A DNA stretch of 64,000 nt from Octopus vulgaris (lineage: Eukaryota), in the NCBI GenBank assembly GCA_951406725.2, contig OX597827.1, forward strand, positions 81,282,001-81,346,000. The letters run 5' to 3'. A model generated the notes under the pieces. The model was not told the DNA's origin. It did not search any database and worked only from the letters and a program-made list of their open reading frames with translations. Both the position numbers and the translations under genes were made by a program. Of the stretch, positions 54,854 to 64,000 are shown in pieces (the stretch's first letter is position 1; the number at the start of each line of letters is the position of its first letter).

Positions 54854-56264
54854 TGTGTGTGTACACACACACACACACATGAATATAGCCGTTAATGTTT
54901 TTCTATAAAGCCTGAGTTACTCTGAAAACATTGTTATTTTTTGTCAGATGTTTTTTCATTCCTCAATAATTTGTGACGTTGTTTTTTAAAGATATTTCTG
55001 GAGTTTCTTTGGCAAGTGTGATGTTTATCTATTGATTCCTAAACACACACCTATTTATACATGCACTGTCTATATGGCTGTGTACACACGTATGTATATA
55101 CACACACGTGTATATAGTTATATATAGAAACAACAACCCCAATACGACCACCGCCACTGTGGCATGCCATGAGGTAAATTGAAATTTTGAAGGAAAAATA
55201 TATAACAACCATTTTGATGTTGTTTTCAATAGAGATGTCACGTAATACATAGTGGTGGTGGTAGTGGTGGTGGTGGTGGTGGTGGTGGTAGTAGTGATGG
55301 TGTTGGCGTCGGTAGTTGTGGTGGTGATGGCTGCGATGTTACTGTTATGATACGATGGTGTGTTGCTTAACCCTAGGTTAGCTTTAGTGGCGTTGGTGGT
55401 GGTGAGTGATGGTTATAGTGGTGGTGGCAGGAGGTAGTGGTGGTCATTGTGTTGGTGGTGGTAGTTGTAGTGCTGGTGGTCAGTGGGTTGCTGTTGTGAT
55501 GGTGTGTTGCTTAACCATAGGTCAGCTTTCACTGAGTAAGCCTGTGATCAAATGCACTTCAGCCATGGCCCACCTATCTTTTTGCTTTTGATTCATAGGT
55601 TATCTTGGAGTACATTACGTTTGTGTGTCTATCTTTTCTTAAGAAAAGTGTGATTTGAGGGAGATTTGGCAGCTTTTCTGATAGGTCTAGTTATGTAGCT
55701 CAGTGTTTTCCAACCCCCTTTCTTATTACCATTGGACCCCTTTCGGTTCTCTGATATGGGTTACAGGAATATGTTAGTTCAGCATTTGTTATTTGCTTGA
55801 TTCCCTTACTGATAATAACCATTACCTGGTTTTCAAGGAAGGGATCTCATATTCCTCAAAGCTTTGATGGTACAAAGGGATCGGGAGTCTACTGATGGGG
55901 GTAATGTCAGTAACAACCCCTCTTGAACATCTTAGCTTTTGAAGGAGCAAGCACAATTGAAAACAAACACACACACACACCACACATTTACATAAATATG
56001 TGTATACATATATATGCATACATATACATATGTATAAATACATACATACGTGTATATTTTTATATACATAAACACACACATAAAAAGAGAGAGAGAGAGG
56101 GAGAATCTGATGATGGGTTAGCTGTCCAAAATTTCGAAGTCACTGTCAAAACTATTCTTTTTAAAGAATAATAAACCTGTACTCTACCAAATGTATTGAG
56201 TAATCCTTTAATTTATATAAATTTGCTTTATTGTAACATAAAAACAAACATTGATATACATATT

Positions 56265-56334
<70 letters not shown>

Positions 56335-56338
<4 letters not shown>

Positions 56339-56490
56339 TTCCGTCTCCTATGTTTCCGATGAAGAGCTCTGCTCGAGACGTTAAACCCTCTTTCTTTCCT
56401 TCTTTCCTGAGCGTCCAATAATACTATATTTGTTCCACGTCCTCGTGTTGTGTTTTTTTTGTGCTTTCTTGTTTGGATTAACTTTATATA
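56335..56490 (+). mobile_element. Family A hammerhead-bearing short element within (TA)n
   Basis: gttt-CCGATGA-a-gagc tct gctc-GAGA-cgtt-aaac (56351-56387); tail nearly identical to 2100-2175. Confidence 0.6.
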
Positions 56491-56939
56491 TATATATATA
56501 TATATATATGATGATATATTTATATTTATGTATACATACATACATACATATTATTTGCACTTTGGGTATATATCTAGTAATATGCTTTCACCATTTGGGC
56601 TCCCTGATGCCATCCATAGTTACAATGTAGTTGTCACTGGAAATCCGCAGAATTCATTCAATTGAAAACAAATGAAGGAATTCGAAAATGGATTTAACAA
56701 GAATCTTTATATACACATGCGTATGTATCATCATCATCGTTGTCATCATTTAATGTCCACTTTCCATGCTGGCATGGGTTGGATAGTTTGACTGAGATCT
56801 GGAGAGCCAGTGGCTGCACCACGCTCCAATCTGACCCGGCTAAGTTTCTACAGCTGGATGCCCTTCCTAACGCCAACCACTCAATGAGTGTAATGGGTGC
56901 TTTTACATGCCACCGGCATGAGGGCCAGTCAGACCATTC

Positions 56940-57255
56940 TGGCGAAGAGATGGCTTCCTTCTTGCAGTAGCCAAGTTTGTGGAGATACTTGGCAGCTGTT
57001 CTCAGACTGACATCAACTTGTTGTGCTACGTCAGAAACCTTGCAATGAGGATTATCCTCTTAACGAAACAAAGAGTCCTGTGAGAGGGCTCTGATCGACC
57101 TGGGTGACACCTTCCCCTCTCTGGTGAATTGCACAATCACTCTATTAGCCGTAGAAACCAGGATCCCAAGATTTTCTGTGGTTTTATGCTAAGTCCATCT
57201 TCAGACTGGAAATTTGGACAGTGCCAAAGCTTCTTTTGCATGTGACATGATTAAT
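56940..57255 (-). mobile_element. Tc1-like transposase N-terminal (HTH) remnant
   Basis: ENLGILVSTANRVIVQFTREGK ... EDNPHCKVSDVAQQVDVSLRTAAKYLHKLGY. Confidence 0.6.
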
Positions 57256-58770
57256 CACTCGCATTTAGAACCTGAAACATAAAAATGCAAATTAATATGA
57301 AATATAAAAACCTTTTCAAGTTAAACATAAAACAATGTTTTATGTGATGTCTACTTACTTCTGTCATGTGTGTGTATAAATATAAGAGTATGTAAGGCAG
57401 GAAACAGTGCCGAGGGTGGCCAACTCTACTGAAATATCTGAGAAATTGCAAAATCTATGATATCTATGAAGAAATAAAAATCTGAAATAGGAATGGTAAC
57501 TCAGATCCACAGAAGTGGCCTGGGGGCCAGGGTTTTGCACTGAGGATCACTGGATCATGGGTTTGATTCCCAGTCCAAGCAGTGCATTGTGTTCTTGATC
57601 CAAACACTTCATTTCACGTTGCCCCAGTCCACTCAGCTGTAAATGGGTCACCCCTGCTGTGGAATAGTCTTCTGATCAGTGGGGGATGCTGGCCTGCTCA
57701 CCTAACCAGCAGGGTGGCATCATTCAAAAGCTAAGACAATGCAAAGTGCATTGTGATCAGCAATGTGTAAGAATGTCTGGTAGTCTAACTGATCACATGA
57801 TTATTACTATTTTCATCTGATATATTGAAGACCACCCTCACCTTAGGAATGTCTCTAAGATCTTGGTAGATCTTATGGACTAAAGCTAAAACAATGGTCC
57901 TCTCTCATTTGATGATGAAGACTCATTTGTTTGATCTACTGGATTGCCTGTCCCTGAATTAACATATAATTGGCTGTGTATTCCACAGACTTATGTCCTC
58001 TTAACATAATTTTCAAGCAGGATCAGCGTAACACAGAGTGCAACAAAGCAAGCGGGATCCTCTACAGTTATCTTCAGTCCAGTCTCACTCTGAAGAGATG
58101 GCCTGACCCAAGAGAAAATGATATTTGTCCAAGATGCCACACACTTGGACTGAACCCAGTACATCTTGACTGTTTTGTAAACATCAAGCCATGCGACACC
58201 TTCTCTATGTCAAGCCATAGCAATTCACAAAATCTCAATGGATGTAACTTAGGTTCTGGCATGTCCCTATGGGGCTTCCATCGGTCAAGCTAGACCATGC
58301 ACTTACACGTGTACATGCAAGTCTCCCCACATACACCCTTATTCATCACCAATGTTTATACAAGGGAAAAGTTGATATAGGTTGGTATCAACACAAAGGA
58401 AGGGATCAAATACCACAAGGTATCAAGTCCCATCCTCTAACAGTTTCTCCAACTCATTCTCCAGTATTTAGTATATTTTTATTGGTCCTAAAAGGATGAA
58501 TGGCAAAATTGACTTTGGTGGAATTTGAACTCAGAACATAAAGAGTTGAAACAAATACTACGAGACATGTTATCTAGTGCTCTAACATCTCTGCCAATTT
58601 GCCTAAGATATGTGTGTGTGCGTGCACACATAATATGCATACATACATACGTACGTACATACATACATACATACAGAAATTCATTCAGTCATATGTATAT
58701 ACATATATACATACAAAACCTATATAGCTATGCATATATATGTATGTATATACATATATGTGCGCATACA

Positions 58771-58809
<39 letters not shown>

Positions 58810-59364
58810 ATATATACCTACATGTGTATAAGTATGCATGTCTGTATGTATATACACATGTTGCCATCCCATGTAAAGTATGTTCATTATGAAACAATAA
58901 TAGACTAATTATCTTAAATTAATTGATATTTATCCAAATGATAACATTTCAATATGAAATGAAATAAATATATTTTATCCTGCAGATAAATCAACAACAA
59001 CAACAACAACAACGACACTAATTACAAGTTAATTAGTTGTGTTTAGAATACTAATATGGACAGCACTGGCAACAATACTCAATACACCACCACCACCACA
59101 ACTATCACATATACTGCAACCCACTGTCAATCACACTACCACTAATACTGTTACCAACATAATCAATATCACCACAATCACCATCGAAACCAGTGTTGCT
59201 GTCAGCCTCCTCCTCCTCCTAATTCTCATCCCCACCATCCCCACCACCACAACTACCACCGTCACCACCACCACCACCACCACCACATTCATCATATGAA
59301 TTGCCAGCTCTGCTGTCATCATTTTCAACAAATGTATTTACACATTTTCAAAGATATTTGTATC

Positions 59365-60047
59365 GTAGGAGTGGCTGTGTGGTAAGTAGCTTGCTTCCCA
59401 ACCACATGGTTCCAGGTTCAGTCCCACTGCATGGCCCCTTGGGCAAGTGTCTTCTACTATAGCCTTGGGCTGACCAAAGCCTTGTGAGGGGATTTGGTTG
59501 ACAGAAACTGAAAGAAGCCTGTCGTATATATATTTCTCTCTCTGTTTATTTTCTCTTATTCTTTTCTGTTGAAGGCCGTAGGCTCAAAACATAAGACTTT
59601 CTCACTTCTTGAGCATTAAACTAATACATCTGTTTGTTGTCCACACACCTGTCTTCATCTTTTGTTTTTTTGTAAATTCTCACTATATCATCATCATCAT
59701 TGTTTAACTTCCATTTCCTGTGCTAGCACGGGTTGGACGGTTCGACCGGGGTCTGGGAAGCCAGGAGGCTGCACCAGGCTCCAGTCTTATCTGGCAGTGT
59801 TTCTACAGCTGGATGCCTTTCCTAATGCCAACCGTGTGTGTTTCTTTGTGTCTGCATTGCTCCCCACCACCATCACTTGACAACTGATGCTGGCATGTTT
59901 ACATGACCGTAACTTAGCAGTTTGGCAAAAGAGCCCAATAGAATAAGTACCAAGCTTACAAAGGATAAGTCCTTAGGTCAATGTTTTTGACTAAAAGGTG
60001 GTACTCCAGCATGGCCACAGTCAAATGACTGAAACAAGTAAAAGAGT
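59365..60047 (+). mobile_element. SINE family 1 interrupted by two nested elements
   Basis: 5' half 59365-59530, 3' half 59833-60047. Confidence 0.8.
59533..59687 (+). mobile_element. Family B short element (degenerate hammerhead) nested in a SINE
   Basis: cttttCTGTTGAaggccgtaggctcAAAAcataag plus the family B tail. Confidence 0.5.
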
Positions 60048-60639
60048 ATATGTATATCCTACTCCTCCTCTTCATCATCATCATCATCATCATGGTTTAA
60101 CGTCCACTGTCCATGCTGGCATGGGTCGGATGGATTGACAGCAAGTGTCAAGTGAGAGGACTCTGCCAAGCTCTACTGTCCGTTGTGGTGTGGTTTCTAC
60201 AGTTGGATGATGTTCCAAATGCTGACCACCCCAGCAGAGTGTTCTGGGTGCTTTGTAAGGGGAGTAGTGCTGAGGAGCATTAAAGAGGAAATATGGCTAT
60301 TTCTGGAGGTGAGAGAGTGAGAAGAAAGGGAGAGAGAGGGGGGAGAGATGTGATGCAGAGGGGGTGGGAGTGAGTTACCAAGAATTGGAGGGGTGGGTGG
60401 TTCAGGAGTATATGTTGTAGGGATGAGATTCAATGGGGTCATTTTGTCTGCAGGTAGGTTTGTGAGGGTGTGATGGGTAAGTGGGAGATAAAGGGGTGGG
60501 GGAAACATGATCATAGACTGGGGGTGCTGGGAAAATGGGTTGTGGGGGAGGTTTGTCTGGGAACAAACTGTGTATAAGAGAAGGATAAGGGTGGACATAA
60601 AGTATCTGCCATTATGGCTTTCATTCTACTTTGTTGAAT

Positions 60640-61410
60640 AATTCTTTCTCAAACAAAGCAAATTGCCAAAATGTCTTCTCTGTGACGCACAACAACTGAA
60701 GATCATTTTTTCACCACTTCATCTCATGTCTTCCTGGGTCATCAGCTTCCACAGGTTCCCTCCACAATTAGAACTCAGCACTCCTTTATGCAGCTGTCCT
60801 CCTCATCCAAACGCATCCCATAACCAAACCATCACAGGTTTCTCTCTTGTACACTACATCTGATGCCACTTATATCAAATCATTTCCTCTTAAATCCTTA
60901 AACCCTAACCCTAACCCATCCGGTGGAGCATCCTGGCTTCATTCTTTCGAGCCTTTGCATGTCCTCTGTAGACACAATCCATGTTTCACTGCCACATAGC
61001 ACAGCTGTCTGCACACAACCACCATACAGTCTGTATTCCATGATGAGCAAGAAACTCTTTGCCATCAACAAAAGTAATAACTCTCTGAACTTTTACCAAA
61101 AACTTTTTATTCCAGCAACAACACTTTCAGAGTAACCTCTTCCACTGCTAATTGGATCACCTGCCTAATGGAGACTCTCTATTACCAATAAAGACACCCC
61201 TTGGACATTTGAAGAAGCTTATTTCCTGTACATTCTTAGAGTTCATTGTTACTGCACATCTCCCGCTACACAGAAGCAATACTTTCTCTCTTAACTTAAC
61301 TGTGAACCCACTGCACCCCTTATGTGCCCTTAGCTTGCCACTGCATACACCTAATGGAATTTCTACCAACACCTTTTCTATATATCAAGCAGGGCCATCA
61401 CCCTGAAGGG
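60640..61410 (-). mobile_element. RTE LINE fragment
   Basis: Minus strand YSESVVAGIKSFW*KFRELL..RLYGGCVQTAVLCGSETWIVSTEDMQRLER, same family as 44577. Confidence 0.7.
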
Positions 61411-61729
61411 ATTTGTGATTTCTTCGCTGTACAAACACACACACACACGTATATATAATATGTGTGTGTGTCAGTGTGTGTGTGTATTCTTTGTGATTTC
61501 ATGTTATTCTCTTTCTTTAATTAACTGTGTTAATATACCCCCCCCCACACACACACACACACACCACCACCACCACCTCCATGATGACTGGTGATAATTT
61601 CTATTTCTACATGAATTAACAGCTCTAAGAACGCAACACACGATTCATAGAGATCTGTCCATGAAATCTTTTCATGGTTTCCAGCCATAGAACGGATCCC
61701 AACCAGCCGCCATGCTTGATTGCTAAATC

Positions 61730-61965
61730 CACAAGTTTTTTTTTTTATTCTCTCTCTCTCTTTTTTTTTTATTCTCTCTCTCTGTTTTTTTTTTTATTCT
61801 CTCTCTCTCTCTTTTTTTTTTATTCTCTCTTATTCCTTTCTGATGAAGAGCAGAGGCTGGAAGCATAAAAGACTTTCTCACTTTCCTGAGCATCAAACTA
61901 ATACACCTGCTTCTTATTTACACACCTGTCTTCATCTTTTGTTTTCCAATAAATTTCAACTATAT
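61730..61965 (+). mobile_element. Family B short element (degenerate hammerhead) with tandem ttttttattctctctct repeats
   Basis: cttt-CTGATGA-a-gagcagaggct-gGAAG-cataaaag (61836-61871) plus the family B tail. Confidence 0.5.
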
Positions 61966-62110
61966 ATATGTGTGTGCGAGTGTGTGTGTGCATGTGTGTA
62001 TATATATATGCATGTATATATATGTATATACACATATATATATGCATGTATATATATATACACATATATATATACATGTATATATATATAGGTATATATA
62101 TATATATATA

Positions 62111-63340
62111 CAGGGTGGGGATGATATTTGAGGACACATGCATTTTTAGTCGTTACTCTATTTGACTAAATTTTATTGAGCTTCTATTTCAGAAAATAAC
62201 AATGACAGGCCCCATGTTTACTAATGGAAAGAAAAGGCATGCTGTGATTGTGGCTTTCAAAGCTAAGCAGGGTGATTTAGAAATTTCTCGTTTTCTGAAG
62301 GTTGCAAGATCTTTTGTCACAAGATTCAGTTACAGAAAAAAGTTGGAAGTGTATTACCTGTATCAAAACTTAAAAATCACTCCAAATGCTCTGATTCTAT
62401 CAGGACACCTGGATTTATTCAGGATGTTAAGCAAAATATTGAAGACAATCCAGGAAAATCAATGAGGTCAATTGCAATAAAATTTCATGTGTCAGGAAAA
62501 ACATTCAGAAATGTTGAGCCTGAAGACATCAGATACAAATCTTATGTGATGAGAAGAGGTCAATTCATGTCAGAAAAAAACAAAAGAAAACCGTTTAATC
62601 AGATCCCAAAGACTTTTGAACAAGCTTTAAAAAACCATCAGAAGATGGTGTGGTTTGGTTTTTCTCGGATGAGAAAATCTTTGACCAACACCAGAAAACT
62701 AACAGAAGAAATAACAGATGGTTATGTGCAGACCCTTCTGAGGATCCAAGAGTAATGCAAACAAAATTTCCTGGAAGTGTTGTGGTTTTGCGTGTTGTTA
62801 GCAATGAAGGACATGTGATGCCTCCTCACTTTTTTCCACAAGGCCTTATACTGCTGCGTATATTGAGCTTCTGGATAAAGTTCTTCAGCCTTGGATCAAC
62901 AGTGTATGCAACGGAAGGACTGCACCATCGCACAAGGCTCAAATGACATAAGAATGGATGGCTGACAATTTGCATGATCACATCACCCCCAACATTCGGC
63001 CCCCTAATTCTCCAGATCTCAATCCACTGGACAACGATGTATGAAGCATCATTGACAAAAATGTCAATGAACACTCCCATAACACCAAAGAATTTTGAAA
63101 GTCCCCATAGTTTGAGTCAGTTCCGATATGATCAAGGACCACCTAAGCCGAGCTTGTAAATGATTTCGACCCCTGCGTGGAGGCAGTTATTGATGCTTAG
63201 GGTGGTTTTAATGAAAGAAATTATTAAAACTGATTATTTGGCTTTATGTTATTTTTATAAAAATATAGTTTTTTTTTCTGTTGTTATATAAACATTCTTT
63301 TAAAACCATAAATCTGTCCTCAGACACCATCCACACCCTG
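62111..63340 (+). mobile_element. Tc1/mariner DD37D (maT) transposon, full length, transposase pseudogenised
   Basis: TIR cagggtggggatgatatttgaggacacat (62111) versus reverse complement cagggtgtggatggtgtctgaggacagat (ends 63340); TA on both flanks; FFSDEK, D(S)APSH and SPDLNPLD with 37 residues between D2 and D3 after repairing a small deletion. Confidence 0.9.
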
Positions 63341-64000
63341 TATATTATCCGAAACGTACAGGATTAAATATCCATCACGGCTGGTCTTACCAATTGGTTT
63401 CACACAAAGAATACAATGGTGTGTTAGGTAACAATCCGATTATATAACCTAACAGTCATCAGAGTTAGCTGATATGGAAGGGAATATGACAACTGCTCTC
63501 TATTGTCAGTGGGGAATTAACATATCCAGTTTGCGGTTGCTATGAAAAAGGTGCTGAAACGAAAAAGGGCAGGGGCTTAGGGTAGGAGTTATATTCCTTG
63601 GGTGGATTCACTATAAAGCCAGTTAGAGTTATCTTGAAGTGTTTGTGGGAAATGTGTGTTAAGCGTGGTGCTCCTGTGGAGATGGGGTATGTGATATGTG
63701 TAGTGGTATCATATGTATAATTTTATGCAGGGGTGTAGGTATATAGATTTGTGTTTGTTAGTCTGTTTTCTTTCTGCATTTGTTAAGGTTGTGGGGGTTT
63801 ATGTTAGTGTGTGGGGATACAATGCGTGTGAAGGAGCATATGTTGGGTGGGGAGACAGTTTATTTGGTGGCTGTCCACCTTGGGGTATGGGTGTGTGTTG
63901 GTGTATGCTCTGGTCAAACTCTTCACTTGGCTTAAGGGTAATGGTGGAAGGCTGAGGTTTGGAACTTGTGGTTTTAGTCATAGTGGGGTGCACAGGTATG

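Noticed and set aside
63400-64000. Possible further Penelope-like remnant on the minus strand
   Set aside because: Only weak hints (CRKKTD, one CTGATGA without GAAA); too decayed to call

Overview
AT-rich, microsatellite-saturated animal DNA. The protocadherin type and repeat families suggest a coleoid cephalopod, most likely Octopus (inference). There is one credible host gene: a large protocadherin exon (acceptor ending 14050, ATG 14083, GTAAGT donor at 16480) encoding a signal peptide, six cadherin repeats, a TM helix and the start of the cytoplasmic tail. No downstream cytoplasmic exon or second protocadherin is recognisable in the following 47 kb. Almost all other predicted ORFs are translations of (TA)n/(CA)n/(CCA)n/(ATT)n repeats. 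The rest is mobile-element debris: several tRNA-headed SINE families, RTE and RLE-type LINE ends, a Penelope-like GIY-YIG remnant, a Helitron N-terminal remnant, a Tc1 fragment and a full-length decayed DD37D (maT) transposon with TIRs and TA TSD. The most notable signals are: (1) short non-coding retroelements carrying minimal type-I hammerhead ribozymes, including a tRNA-headed element with a Penelope-style inverted terminal copy and a 10-bp TSD (5241-5666); (2) a CTCF-like motif upstream of the variable-exon-like protocadherin exon; (3) a degenerate EC3-EC4 calcium linker; (4) an RTE ORF ending in three C2H2 fingers; (5) many fold-back inverted repeats in the presumed intron.
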